Origin: Polyangiaceae bacterium
GTDB lineage: Bacteria; Myxococcota_A; Polyangia; Polyangiales; Polyangiaceae
Length of the DNA stretch: 64,000 bases
NCBI GenBank assembly: GCA_035549735.1
Contig: DASZQI010000100.1
Span: 77,165-141,164, forward strand
Direction: 5' to 3'
Shown: positions 49,611 through 59,185 of the stretch, one piece after another
Numbering within the stretch: the first letter of the stretch is position 1
Layout: the number at the start of each line of letters is the position of its first letter
Notes under the pieces: model-generated
The model's database searches: none
What the model was told of the DNA's origin: nothing
What the model saw: only the letters and a program-made list of their open reading frames with translations
Made by a program: the position numbers and the translations under genes

Positions 49611-50504
49611 CTAGGGCGGTGGCGGCGCGAGCGTGAGCACCAGCTCGTAACTCTCGGGTGTGGAAGCGGTGGTCCCTTCCGAAGCCTGCAGGCTGACGCG
49701 CTCGCTCAGCCGACGCTCAGCAAGCAGGCTGACCAGGCGCTCCCGCCGCTCGCGACCGAGAGAGCTCGGCAGCGATGCTTCGCTTTTTCCTTCGCGCAAA
49801 GCGCAGCGCACGTTCGGATGAGTCGCGAGAAAGTTCGCCGCCGCATCGAGCGCCAATCCGACCTCGGGCTTGGTGCTCGCCCGGTCGGAGTCGAACAGCG
49901 CGCTGGCGTCGAGCCGCACCGCGAGGCTGTTTTCGCGCTCGACCACGCGTACGCGCGGGTCGAGGCGCAGCGCGCCGAGCACCGTATCGAGCTCGCGCGC
50001 GAGCCCGGAAATGGTGCCAGGGCCGCTGGCGGCCGCCGCGCTCTGCGCCGACTTTTCTACGAGCCGTGCGTTCTCGCTGCTGACCACCTGCAAGTTTTGA
50101 TTAGCGCGCGCCAAGTCGCCGCGCAGCTGATCGAGCAGTGACGCGGTCTCGGTCAGCTCCTTCGCGGCCACGCCATGGGCAAAGCGCTCCTCGGCCAGCT
50201 TCTGGTCGCCGGCTTCCATCTTTTGGTCGCGACGCGCAAGCTCGGTCTCTAGCTCGGCCACTCGAGCCTGAGCGGCGGCCAGCGCAAGCTCGGCGCGCCG
50301 GCGAGCCTCGGTCTCGACGTCGGCAGCAGAATTGGCTTCTTCGTAGCGCATCTCTGGGACGCAGCCGGACGTCGCAGCGCAAGCAGCGGCGATGCCCGCC
50401 AAAGGCACCAATACTCGCGGCGCAGCCAGTAAGAACCCATAGAAAGGTCGCAGGGAAGATTTTCGGGCCATGGTTCGTTTCAGGACAGTTGCAGGGGTTT
50501 TCAT
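49611..50504 (-). CDS. Coiled-coil lipoprotein with degenerate MotB/OmpA-like C-terminus
   Basis: TSGCV lipobox, long heptad region, LAVRLDASALFDSDRA resembling the MotB/OmpA entry motif. Confidence 0.55.
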   Translation of the reverse strand: MKTPATVLKRTMARKSSLRPFYGFLLAAPRVLVPLAGIAAACAATSGCVPEMRYEEANSAADVETEARRRAELALAAAQARVAELETELARRDQKMEAGDQKLAEERFAHGVAAKELTETASLLDQLRGDLARANQNLQVVSSENARLVEKSAQSAAAASGPGTISGLARELDTVLGALRLDPRVRVVERENSLAVRLDASALFDSDRASTKPEVGLALDAAANFLATHPNVRCALREGKSEASLPSSLGRERRERLVSLLAERRLSERVSLQASEGTTASTPESYELVLTLAPPPP

Positions 50505-50507
50505 AGG

Positions 50508-50840
50508 CTATTTGAGCTCCCAGCCGCGCAGCCGTTGCAGGTCGAGGTGCTCGGCCAAGCTCAGTCGATCCGCGTCGGAGGCGCCGACGAACTTGAGCGC
50601 TTGGCGTTTGCCGTGACTCCAGATCGGCCGAGCCCAAGCAATGAGCGGCCTCAACCGCTCGGGTAGGCGAAGCTCGATGCGCATGAGAAGTGGCATGGGT
50701 CGCGCCTCGCTGAAGTCTTCCCGCTCGAGCACGATGCCGCTCGGGCTGACCTCCACCGCACGACACTCGCGGCGAGCCCGGCCAACGCCTGCGAACACGG
50801 GAAAACTAGTGTGAGCCCTGAGACCTGCTCGAAGCTGCAT
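50508..50840 (-). CDS. PilZ-domain-like protein
   Basis: RAGLR (RxxxR) and EVSPSG ((D/E)xSxxG) motifs; QALKF. Confidence 0.7.
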   Translation of the reverse strand: MQLRAGLRAHTSFPVFAGVGRARRECRAVEVSPSGIVLEREDFSEARPMPLLMRIELRLPERLRPLIAWARPIWSHGKRQALKFVGASDADRLSLAEHLDLQRLRGWELK

Positions 50841-50975
50841 GGGAACCTCGCTCTCGTGATGAAATCGTAAGATGCCGAGAATCCGCGGGGCCAAGTTCCG
50901 CTCACTTAGCGAAGTACATATTGCTGCGTTGCCCACAAATTTGGGGGATTTCTGGGAAAGGCGTAAGGCGGTTGC

Positions 50976-52118
50976 GTGAGACGAGGACGCTCGGCGCAGA
51001 CTCTCTCGTGTGCGCTAGCCATCGCGTTTGGCGCAGCGCTGTCGACGCGCGGACAGGCCGCGCCTCCGCAAGCAGCGCCTCCCGTCTCGAAAAGTGCCGA
51101 GCTCGCCGCGCATCCCGAGCTCACCACCGTCGACCGCGAGCTGACCCACGCGGCCACACGGCTGCTCGAGCAAGCGCACCCGGTCGAGGGCGCCGCGGTC
51201 GCGGTCGACGTGCGCAGCGGAGAGATCCTGGTCTGGGCGGAGCTCAGAAAAGGCGGCCCGAAAGGCTCGCTGATCACCGCCGCGCGGGCCCCCGCTGCGA
51301 GCGTGTTCAAGCTGGTCACCACTGCGGCGCTGTTCGAAGCGGGCGGCGTCCGGCCGAACGACGAGGTCTGCATTTCGGGCGGATTGAAGAGCATCGAACG
51401 CCGGCACCTCGATGCACCGCGGGGCGAGCGAACTTGCGCGCCGTTTTCGCAGGCGCTCGGCCACAGCCGTAACGCGGTCTACGCCCAGCTCGCCACGCGC
51501 CGGCTCGCACGCCAGGACCTGATCGACATCGCGGAGCGGCTCGGCTTCAACACTACCGTTCCCTTCGACTGGCCCGTGCCCGTGGGCACCCTGAAGGTGC
51601 CCTACAACGATCTCGACTTCGCTCGCACCGCGGCCGGCTTTCAAGGCAGCACCCTCTCACCCCTGGGCGGGGCGTATCTCGCGAGCATCATCGCGCAAGG
51701 CGGCGTCGCGCGGCGCTTTCACTTGGCCCGGGCGAGCGGCGAAGCCCCGGCCGAAGACGATGAAGGCGAAACGCGCGTGCTCAGCGCGGCCACTGCGCGA
51801 CGCATCACGCGCATGATGGAGGTCACCGTGCACAGCGGCACCTCCCGGCTGATCTTCAACGACGAGTCGGGCCATAGCCTGCTGCCCGGCATTCGAGTCG
51901 CGGGAAAAACCGGTACCCTGCGCCCCGACAGCAGCGGCGAGACAGCGAGCTGGTTCATCGGCTTCGCGCCCAGCCAAAAGCCCGAAATCGTGGTCAGCGT
52001 GATGCTGGAAAATGGCGCGGTTTGGCGGCAAAAAGCTGCCGAAGTCGCGCGCGATTTGCTGCGCGTGTACTTCCACCGCAAGGGCGCGGCGAACGTCGTC
52101 GACCCGCTAGCGCAATAG
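50976..52118 (+). CDS. Penicillin-binding transpeptidase-domain protein
   Basis: ASVFK (SxxK), SRN (SxN), GKTGT, SWFIGFAP; signal peptide; no dimerisation domain. Confidence 0.9.
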   Translation: MRRGRSAQTLSCALAIAFGAALSTRGQAAPPQAAPPVSKSAELAAHPELTTVDRELTHAATRLLEQAHPVEGAAVAVDVRSGEILVWAELRKGGPKGSLITAARAPAASVFKLVTTAALFEAGGVRPNDEVCISGGLKSIERRHLDAPRGERTCAPFSQALGHSRNAVYAQLATRRLARQDLIDIAERLGFNTTVPFDWPVPVGTLKVPYNDLDFARTAAGFQGSTLSPLGGAYLASIIAQGGVARRFHLARASGEAPAEDDEGETRVLSAATARRITRMMEVTVHSGTSRLIFNDESGHSLLPGIRVAGKTGTLRPDSSGETASWFIGFAPSQKPEIVVSVMLENGAVWRQKAAEVARDLLRVYFHRKGAANVVDPLAQ

Positions 52119-52123
52119 GGCCA

Positions 52124-52711
52124 TTAGTCGCCCGGCGCCGACAGCTCGCGGTTCGTGAGCGAGGTGAGCACGTGATCGCGCCAGGCGCCGTCGATGAACA
52201 GGTACTCGCGCGCGTAACCCTCGATAGTGAAACCCAGACGTGACAGGACACGCGCGCTGCGCGTGTTGCTGGGCACGTAGTTTGCCATGATGCGATGTAG
52301 GCGCCGCACCGCGAAGGCGTACTCGATCAGCCGCGTCAGCGCTTCGTGCATGATGCCCTGCCCCACCCAGGCCCAATCCAGCTGATAGCCGAGGTAGCAG
52401 GCCGCAAACGGGCCGCCGTAGATCTGCGACAAGGTCGCACCGCCGATGAACGGCCCGGTAGGATCGTCGCGCAACGCGATGCGAAGCGGCACGCTCACCC
52501 CCGCCAGAAAATCGCGCTGCAGGCGCGCTACGAACGAAAGCCAGAAGTCGAGCTCATCGGTGCCGCTGGGTTCAGGTGGCGAAAACGGCCGCAAGTGCTC
52601 GCGATTTCGCTGATTGAAGGCCAAAAGCCGTGGCGCATCGCCCCGCTCGGGAACCGTGAGCAACAACCGCTCGGTCTCGAGGCGCAGAAATCCGGGCGCT
52701 GAAGAAGTCAC
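52124..52711 (-). CDS. RimJ-like GNAT N-acetyltransferase
   Basis: LETERL, NREHL, CYLGY, LHRIMANYVPSNTRS, IDGAWRDHVLT. Confidence 0.9.
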   Translation of the reverse strand: MTSSAPGFLRLETERLLLTVPERGDAPRLLAFNQRNREHLRPFSPPEPSGTDELDFWLSFVARLQRDFLAGVSVPLRIALRDDPTGPFIGGATLSQIYGGPFAACYLGYQLDWAWVGQGIMHEALTRLIEYAFAVRRLHRIMANYVPSNTRSARVLSRLGFTIEGYAREYLFIDGAWRDHVLTSLTNRELSAPGD

Positions 52712-52781
52712 GGCGAAGGAGCAAACAGGCTAGCACTCAACGAAGGAAGCTCTGCTAACTTCTTGGTTGAGGCTCTGCCCC

Positions 52782-53204
52782 ATGCCGCTGCAAACACGCC
52801 CGCTTTCGCTGCTCGGTCACCTCGCGTTGCTCGGTCTCGCGGTGGGTTGCACGAACCAGCCGCGGGCGCACAACGTGACCGGCCCTGACGGCTCACCGAT
52901 GCTGCACGTGGCTTGCGGCGCGGATCAGGGTGCTTGTTTCGAGCTGGCGGGCCGCGGGTGCCCCGGCGGTTACAAGGTGTTTCCGGTCTTCGATCCGCGG
53001 GACAACAATTTTTTGATTCGTTGCCAGGGCGCCGCGCCAGAAATGGTGGCGCTGCCCGCGAGTGGCGGGTCTCCCTTCGGCACCGGCGTCTACACGCCGC
53101 CGCAAGCACCGGTCAACGCTTGGCCTGAGAACGTGAGCATCGCGGCCAAGCCGCCGCCCACCACCGGCACGCGCAACGACTCCGAAATCGACCTCGGTTA
53201 CTGA
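52782..53204 (+). CDS. Small hypothetical lipoprotein
   Basis: Lipobox LAVGC; GPDG....C......C...AG..CP.GY. Confidence 0.7.
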   Translation: MPLQTRPLSLLGHLALLGLAVGCTNQPRAHNVTGPDGSPMLHVACGADQGACFELAGRGCPGGYKVFPVFDPRDNNFLIRCQGAAPEMVALPASGGSPFGTGVYTPPQAPVNAWPENVSIAAKPPPTTGTRNDSEIDLGY

Positions 53205-53210
53205 GCGAAA

Positions 53211-54941
53211 TCAGCGCGCTGCGCGCCGGCGGCGCGACAGCCACAGACCCAGCGCCGCGAAGCCCGCAAACAGTCCGCTCGCGCGGCCCGCGCCCGGCGC
53301 GCTGGTGCTGCACTTGCTCTCGCTCTTCGCGCCGGCGACTGCTGCGTCGGCCCCAGCATCGGCGGGCACTTTCTTTTCGTCTTTGCCCAAGCCGAGCTCC
53401 GCAATCGGCGTGATCACCGTTTCCGCGGGCTTGATCTGAGTACGGCTCTTGCGCGAGAGATCCTCGGCGATCCAGGTCTTCCGCAAACCACGATAGTCGG
53501 GCGGCGACTTGCCCCATTTACCGCGTTCCGCGTGATCGCAGTGAATCACCGGCACCCAGGGGTGGAAGTTATTGTACCGGACCTGGAAGCGGCTCGCCGG
53601 TGTCATCTTCACCTCGGTGCTGACCGTCTTCTTCGCACCCTCGGGCAGCGCGATGCCGCCCTCGACGCCGGTGCTGGCCGCGCCGATGACCGGATCCTCG
53701 GGCAACGCGCCGGCATCATACCGGTAGTGCAAGCGCGTGAGGATGTACTTGTTGCGCTCGAGCAAGCCCTTGCGCGCGAGCACCGTTTCACGCTCTTCCT
53801 GCGCCATCTTGATGCGCTCTTTGCGCTCCTTCGGCTTCAGCTCTTTGAGCGCTTCGGCCTGCTCTTTCTTCTCCTCCTTGGTCAGCTCGGGCGGCTTGGG
53901 CTTGCGCTCGGCCTCGGGCACGCTGCGCTCGAACACGTCGGCGCCCATGCTGAGCAGCTCGTGAATGAGCAGCGGCTCGGTCGCGCACGGCTTGCCGCAA
54001 CCGTCGGCCGCGGGCCAGGCATACTCGAGCAAGAAGGTCTTCGGCATCTTCTGCCAAATGATGTCGTTGAGCCCTGCGTAGAACTCGCCCATCCGCTCCT
54101 TCACGACGAAGTCGACCTCGACGTTCGTGGGCGGAAAGATGGTCTTGTAGTTTTTGACCTCGTAGCGCTGCTCGGGGTCCAGCACGTAGATGAACAACTC
54201 CTGTTTTCCAGGAGAATCGAGCACGCCAGGCTTCGCCACCACGGTGTCGAACGGCTGATTCGTGAAGTAGCGAATCGGCGAGAGCTGCGCGCGATCACCG
54301 CCCACGAGCTCGATGCGCTTGGGATCGACCTCGGCCACCAGCGCCTTCATGCCCTTGTCCAGGTAGGGCTTGATTGCTTCGTCCGCGCCGCTCGGAGCCT
54401 TGTAGCCCTTTCCTGACAACCACGCGCTGACGCTTTGGCCGGCGTCCACGAGAGTGAACTTGTATTCGCCCTCTTTTTGCTTGGCGTTCACGTCGAGGAA
54501 CAGCTCTTTGGCGATCTTCTTGCCACCCGTGATGCTGCCACCACCCAAGAAGCCGCCGCCTTCGACCTTCAGTACGCGCTCCCACTCCTGCTGAGGCGGC
54601 GACGGGTCACACGGATCTTGCTCCCAGAACTCGTGAAACCGTGGAGCGCTGATTTGATCGACCCGATCGATGAACTCGCGCTTCAGCGTGGTCGCCCCCT
54701 CCGCAGTCACGTCGGAAGGCACCAGCAGCACGACCGCAAAGCCTTCGAGCGGCCCCTCGTAGTCGGGCATCACGCTGACCGCGGTGGTGCCGCCTTTCTT
54801 CATCACCACGACCTGTGTCGTGTATGACTTCACGGAGCCGGCCTGCTTGCTGGCAAAGAAACCGTTGAGCGCGTGAGCGGGGTCGGCCGTTGCGGCGACC
54901 GCGAGCGCGAGAAGGGATGCGAAACGAAGAGAGCGCTGCAT
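53211..54941 (-). CDS. DUF2330-like surface protein with MYXO-CTERM sorting signal
   Basis: AHALNGFF, YEGP..FA....VP, SAPR..E.WEQDPC, LTRLHYRY; C-terminal KCST...LFAGFAALGLWLSRRRR. Confidence 0.8.
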   Translation of the reverse strand: MQRSLRFASLLALAVAATADPAHALNGFFASKQAGSVKSYTTQVVVMKKGGTTAVSVMPDYEGPLEGFAVVLLVPSDVTAEGATTLKREFIDRVDQISAPRFHEFWEQDPCDPSPPQQEWERVLKVEGGGFLGGGSITGGKKIAKELFLDVNAKQKEGEYKFTLVDAGQSVSAWLSGKGYKAPSGADEAIKPYLDKGMKALVAEVDPKRIELVGGDRAQLSPIRYFTNQPFDTVVAKPGVLDSPGKQELFIYVLDPEQRYEVKNYKTIFPPTNVEVDFVVKERMGEFYAGLNDIIWQKMPKTFLLEYAWPAADGCGKPCATEPLLIHELLSMGADVFERSVPEAERKPKPPELTKEEKKEQAEALKELKPKERKERIKMAQEERETVLARKGLLERNKYILTRLHYRYDAGALPEDPVIGAASTGVEGGIALPEGAKKTVSTEVKMTPASRFQVRYNNFHPWVPVIHCDHAERGKWGKSPPDYRGLRKTWIAEDLSRKSRTQIKPAETVITPIAELGLGKDEKKVPADAGADAAVAGAKSESKCSTSAPGAGRASGLFAGFAALGLWLSRRRRAAR

Positions 54942-55119
54942 GGAGGCCGAGAAGCTAAACGCAGTCGCGCCCATTGACCAGCCCTTGCCGCGCAAACCAA
55001 ACCCGCAGGCTTGCGGCACGCCCGCCACAGCCGCCCAAGGGCGGCGCACTTTCCGAATTTGTGGAAAAATCCGCCTGGTTCGGGCCGCAGCGTGCGGGCC
55101 CGCGCCCCCTGTATCCACC

Positions 55120-55719
55120 ATGTCCGTCTGGAATCGACTCGACCGAGCGCTCGTGCAGCGAGCGCTGCACGCGCCGGCTGAACCGGAAGCGTCGCCCACG
55201 AAGCGCCGCGCGGCGATCGCGGCGCTGCTCTCCGACGGCGACCACGGCACAGAGCTGCTGTTGATTCGTCGCGCCGAGCGTCCCTCGGACCCATGGTCCG
55301 GACACATGGCGCTGCCAGGTGGTCACTTCGACCCGAGCGACGCGAGTCTACAGGCCACCGCCGAGCGCGAGACCCGTGAGGAGCTGGGCATCGAACTTTC
55401 GCAGGGCCAGTTCCTGGGCCGATTGCCAGAGGTTCGACCGCATCGATCCGGTGACCTGAGCGTGACGCCGTTCGTGTTCGGCCTCGAGAGCCGGCCACCG
55501 CTCGTCCCGAATGTGGAAGTCGATCTGGCGCTGTGGGTGCCACTCGCCGAGCTCGCGGCAGGCACGACGCGCTTCGAGCACGAGCTTTCGCTCGATGGCC
55601 GTTCCTGGCGTTTTCCGGCGTTTCGGGTAGGGGAGCACGTGGTCTGGGGCCTGACCTATCGCGTGGTGAACACGCTCATCGAACTCGTGACGCTGGAAAG
55701 TGCGCAGCTTTCCCGCTGA
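55120..55719 (+). CDS. Nudix hydrolase, CoA pyrophosphatase-like
   Basis: LLIRRA....DPWSGHMALPGG, TAERETREELG, VWGLT. Confidence 0.9.
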   Translation: MSVWNRLDRALVQRALHAPAEPEASPTKRRAAIAALLSDGDHGTELLLIRRAERPSDPWSGHMALPGGHFDPSDASLQATAERETREELGIELSQGQFLGRLPEVRPHRSGDLSVTPFVFGLESRPPLVPNVEVDLALWVPLAELAAGTTRFEHELSLDGRSWRFPAFRVGEHVVWGLTYRVVNTLIELVTLESAQLSR

Positions 55720-55776
55720 ACACCGGCTTGCCGGCCCTCACACCCGACGCTAGAAGCCAGCCGCGCGCCGAAGACC

Positions 55777-56790
55777 ATGTCCGCCTCCCCTTCTGCAGCC
55801 CGGCCTACCGAACGCCACGAGACCCGCGCGGTGTCCGGTGGGTTTCTGGCCGAGATCGCCGTGCACGACTGGCTCGTCCTGGCCTACGTCGTGGGCCTCG
55901 TGGTGGCCGTGCTTCAAGGCGACCGCGGGCCGTCGTTCGGCCACAACCTCGAGCGGGTCTTGATCCTGTTCGCGTCCGCGGTGATCGGCGTTTCGATCGC
56001 CCGCGGCAGTTTCCTGCGCGACGGCTTGCTGAAGGCGATCCTCTACCGAGTCGCCATCTACGGCCCGGTGCAGCTCAGCTATTTCATGTTCCGTGATCTA
56101 TTGCCGAGCATCAACCCGGGCTCACTGGACGCGGAGCTGCACCAGCTCGACCTCTCCCTGTTCGGCATCGAGCCGGCGATGGCGCTCCAGAGCAGCGTGA
56201 ACTCGCACACCACCGAGTGGTTCGCGTTCTTCTACTTCGGGTACTTCTTCGTGATCGCGGTGCACGTGGTGCCCATTCTGTTCTTCTCGCGGAACCAGCG
56301 AACGCTCGGGGAGTTCGGGTTCGGCATGCTGATCTTGTTCTGCGTGGGCCACACCGTCTACATGCTGGTGCCCGGCTTCGGCCCGTACCGAGCCATGGCC
56401 GAGCAGTTCACCACCCCATTCCCGCACGGGCTATGGCTGGATCTGGTCATGGACACGGTGCACTCCGGCGGCGCGCAGAAGGACATTTTCCCGTCGCTTC
56501 ACACCGCCGCGCCCGCGTTCATCACGCTCTACTCGTTCCGCCACCGCTCGCGCTTGCCCTACCGTTACACCTGGCCGCTGACCGCGTTCTTCACGGCGAA
56601 CATCATGATCGCCACGATGTTCCTGCGCTGGCACTATCTGATCGACGTCGTCGCGGGCCTCATCCTGGCCACGACGGCAGCGCTCTTGATCGGCCCAGTC
56701 ATCGACTGGGAGCTTCGGCGTCGCGCTCGAGGCCGGCGCACGCCGCTCTGGCCCCTGCTACGCCCCGCGGTCTCGCGAACGAACCCCTGA
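55777..56790 (+). CDS. PAP2-superfamily membrane protein, AUR1/inositol-phosphorylceramide-synthase-like
   Basis: Multiple TMs; YMLVPGFGP, FPSLHTA, RWHYLIDVVAG. Confidence 0.8.
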   Translation: MSASPSAARPTERHETRAVSGGFLAEIAVHDWLVLAYVVGLVVAVLQGDRGPSFGHNLERVLILFASAVIGVSIARGSFLRDGLLKAILYRVAIYGPVQLSYFMFRDLLPSINPGSLDAELHQLDLSLFGIEPAMALQSSVNSHTTEWFAFFYFGYFFVIAVHVVPILFFSRNQRTLGEFGFGMLILFCVGHTVYMLVPGFGPYRAMAEQFTTPFPHGLWLDLVMDTVHSGGAQKDIFPSLHTAAPAFITLYSFRHRSRLPYRYTWPLTAFFTANIMIATMFLRWHYLIDVVAGLILATTAALLIGPVIDWELRRRARGRRTPLWPLLRPAVSRTNP

Positions 56791-56792
56791 GC

Positions 56793-56853
56793 GCTGAGCA
56801 CCGCAGCGAAGGCCAGCCTCGATCGGGCAGGCCTTCGCTTTGGTCGGCTCAGC
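56793..56853. terminator. Long imperfect hairpin between convergent genes
   Basis: GCTGAGC...AGCGAAGGCC / GGCCTTCGCT...GCTCAGC. Confidence 0.6.
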
Positions 56854-57546
56854 TCACTTCTCGTAGACCTGGGCCGCGGCCATGCCGGAGCCCGCACTCA
56901 CGCGCAGAACGACTTTCATGGGTCCGCCAACCGGCAGCGCCCACTTGAAGCAGTTCGGCGCAGCGCCGACCACCGCGGTCGGGCCTTGAGTCTGGTCAGC
57001 AGCCATCACCGGCGAGGCCAGACCGGGCACCGGCATCAGCGGCACCAGCTCGATATCCAGGTTCTGCACGGTCGGAAGCGCGGCGCCGACGACGGTGTAG
57101 CACTTGCCCGGATTCATCTGGACCTGGGTCTCCATGATCTGACCTTGCTGAAAGTTCCCCGCGACGACTGCGCCCACGGCCTTGGCACCCGGAGCGTTCT
57201 GCGTCGCGAGCGCGCCGAGCAGACCGGTGGCCGCAGCCGCCGCGGTCGCATCGAGCGGGGCCGCCGGTGAACCCGCTGCCGAAGTCGCAACGGGCGGCAC
57301 AGCGGCGGTAGCACCGGGCGCGGTTGCAGCAGGCGCAGTGGCTGCTGGCGCGGTAGCGGCCGGCTGCGGCTGACCCACTGCCGCTCCGGGCGTCTGACAC
57401 ATTTGTCCGTCGAAGTATTGCCCCGGCGGACACTGAGACGCCGCGGGCTGCCCGGTGTTTGCGGGCTTCTCGTCACCACCGCAAGCAACGAGGCCGAGCG
57501 CTACGCAGGCTGCGCCCAAGTGACGGGCAAGTCGAGTCTGAGCCAT
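56854..57546 (-). CDS. Hypothetical Ala/Pro-rich lipoprotein
   Basis: Lipobox LVAC; C-terminal PGKCYTVVG...LDI.L...C......G.G..AAQVY domain. Confidence 0.75.
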   Translation of the reverse strand: MAQTRLARHLGAACVALGLVACGGDEKPANTGQPAASQCPPGQYFDGQMCQTPGAAVGQPQPAATAPAATAPAATAPGATAAVPPVATSAAGSPAAPLDATAAAAATGLLGALATQNAPGAKAVGAVVAGNFQQGQIMETQVQMNPGKCYTVVGAALPTVQNLDIELVPLMPVPGLASPVMAADQTQGPTAVVGAAPNCFKWALPVGGPMKVVLRVSAGSGMAAAQVYEK

Positions 57547-57620
57547 ATCGTTCTGTACTCCCTTTCGCGACGCCGAGCCGGGGCCGCGCGCGGGAGTCTA
57601 CCCCAGCCTTCTCCGGAAAA

Positions 57621-58805
57621 TCAGCTGTGAGTGCCGACCCCGGCGCAGAAGCCTTCGTAGTCGATATAGCTGGTGATCGTGGGATTCTCCCCGCAGGCCG
57701 GGCAGTTTTTGTCCCGGCGCAGCTTGAGCACGCGGAAGGTCATCTTCAGCGAATCGTAGGTCAAAAGCCGGCCCACCAAGGGGTCGCCCTGGCCCAAAAT
57801 CAACTTAATCGCCTCAGTCGCCTGCAAGACGCCGATCGCTCCGGGCAAGATGCCGAGCACGCCGGCCTCGGCGCACGAGGGCGCGAGGTGAGCGGGCGGG
57901 GGCTCCGGATACAGGCAGCGATAGCAGGGCCCGACGAACGGCATGAAGGTGGTGACCTGCCCGTCGAAGCGGAAGATCGAGCCGTGGACGACGGGGATCT
58001 TGTGAAACAGCGAGGCGTCGTTGACCAAGTAGCGGGTCGGGAAATTGTCGCAGCCGTCGATGATGGCGTCCCAGCCGGCGCCGAAGATCCTGTCGACGTT
58101 CTCGCTGTTCAGTCGCTCCTGGTATTTGATGATCTTGGTGTCGGGGTTCAGGTCCTTCAGCGCCACCTCGGCGCTGTCGACCTTGGGCATGCCGAGCCGC
58201 GACGTCGCATGCACGATCTGCCGCTGCAAGTTGGAGGCGTCCACGGTGTCCGCGTCGACCAAGCCAATCGTGCCCACGCCTGCCGCCGCAAGATAGAGGG
58301 ACGACGGAGCGCCGAGCCCGCCCGCACCGAGCAGCAGCACGCGCGACTTCAAGAGCTTCTCTTGGCCGCGCTCACCAACCTCGGGCAAGAGCAAGTGGCG
58401 TGAATAGCGATCGAGCTGCGCCGGGGTGAGATTCGGCGGCTCTTCGACGGGGTACTTCAAGTCCTTCCAGCGCACGAAGCCTGGGTTCGCGCTGAGCAAA
58501 TTCGTGTAGCCGAGCTCGGCCAAGCTCTTCGCTGCGAACGCGCTGCGCGTTCCACCCGCGCAGTACAAGACGATCTCGGCGTTCTTGTCCGGGAGCTTCT
58601 GCTCCGCCTGCATTTCCAGAAAGCCGCGAGGCAGGTGCAGCGCGCCGGGGATGTAGCCCGCGCGGAACTCGTCCTTCTCTCGCACATCCACCAGCGTGAA
58701 GGGGCGCTCCTTGCGCTGCTCGAGCCGGGTCTTCAGCTCCTCCAGGGAAACGGTGCGCACGGCTTTCCGGACGTCAGCGAACAGATCGGAGTAGGTCTTC
58801 GGCAT
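57621..58805 (-). CDS. moeB: Rhodanese-ThiF/MoeB adenylyltransferase fusion
   Basis: N-terminal rhodanese (DVRE, YCAGGTRS); RYSRH, GAGGLG, SNLQRQ, PCYRC, CPAC. Confidence 0.9.
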   Translation of the reverse strand: MPKTYSDLFADVRKAVRTVSLEELKTRLEQRKERPFTLVDVREKDEFRAGYIPGALHLPRGFLEMQAEQKLPDKNAEIVLYCAGGTRSAFAAKSLAELGYTNLLSANPGFVRWKDLKYPVEEPPNLTPAQLDRYSRHLLLPEVGERGQEKLLKSRVLLLGAGGLGAPSSLYLAAAGVGTIGLVDADTVDASNLQRQIVHATSRLGMPKVDSAEVALKDLNPDTKIIKYQERLNSENVDRIFGAGWDAIIDGCDNFPTRYLVNDASLFHKIPVVHGSIFRFDGQVTTFMPFVGPCYRCLYPEPPPAHLAPSCAEAGVLGILPGAIGVLQATEAIKLILGQGDPLVGRLLTYDSLKMTFRVLKLRRDKNCPACGENPTITSYIDYEGFCAGVGTHS

Positions 58806-59185
58806 CTTGGTCCTAAACAAAGTCGCATTTTCCGATGCGACAATTATCGAGGGGTCAGTTTTGTGCTTTTCGGCGCGGAGTCAAGCCCCTCCCGAGCGCG
58901 AAGCCCGAAATCCGCCGAGAAAACGCCATTGCTGCGGGTCGGCCGGGGGACCTGAAAAACCGGCCCGGCGGCGACGCTCGCCTGGGCGCGAGCGCGAAGC
59001 CGGACGGAAGGTTCTAGCGGTCGATCGGGTATACTCACCGTTCGCTCCCAGACCGATGCCGAAGCACGAGCGCGCTCCCCGCCATCCGGTGACGACGAAC
59101 TTGAGCGCCGTGCTCGGGCCGGGCACTCTGCGAACGATGCCGCGGGCTTTTACCGCTTTCGTCCGCGAGCAAGGAAACCATCGCC

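Noticed and set aside
52118-52135. GGGCCATTAG resembling a tRNA 5' end
   Set aside because: No D-loop, TTCGA T-loop or acceptor complement follows; it overlaps the end of the GNAT gene.
57621-58805. moeB as part of a ubiquitin-like, defence or RiPP system
   Set aside because: No adjacent ThiS/MoaD, JAB, E2 or precursor gene; a rhodanese-ThiF fusion is a common housekeeping architecture.
58821-59185. Sigma54 promoter upstream of pilB
   Set aside because: No convincing TGGCAC-N5-TTGC with correct GG-N10-GC spacing was found by eye.
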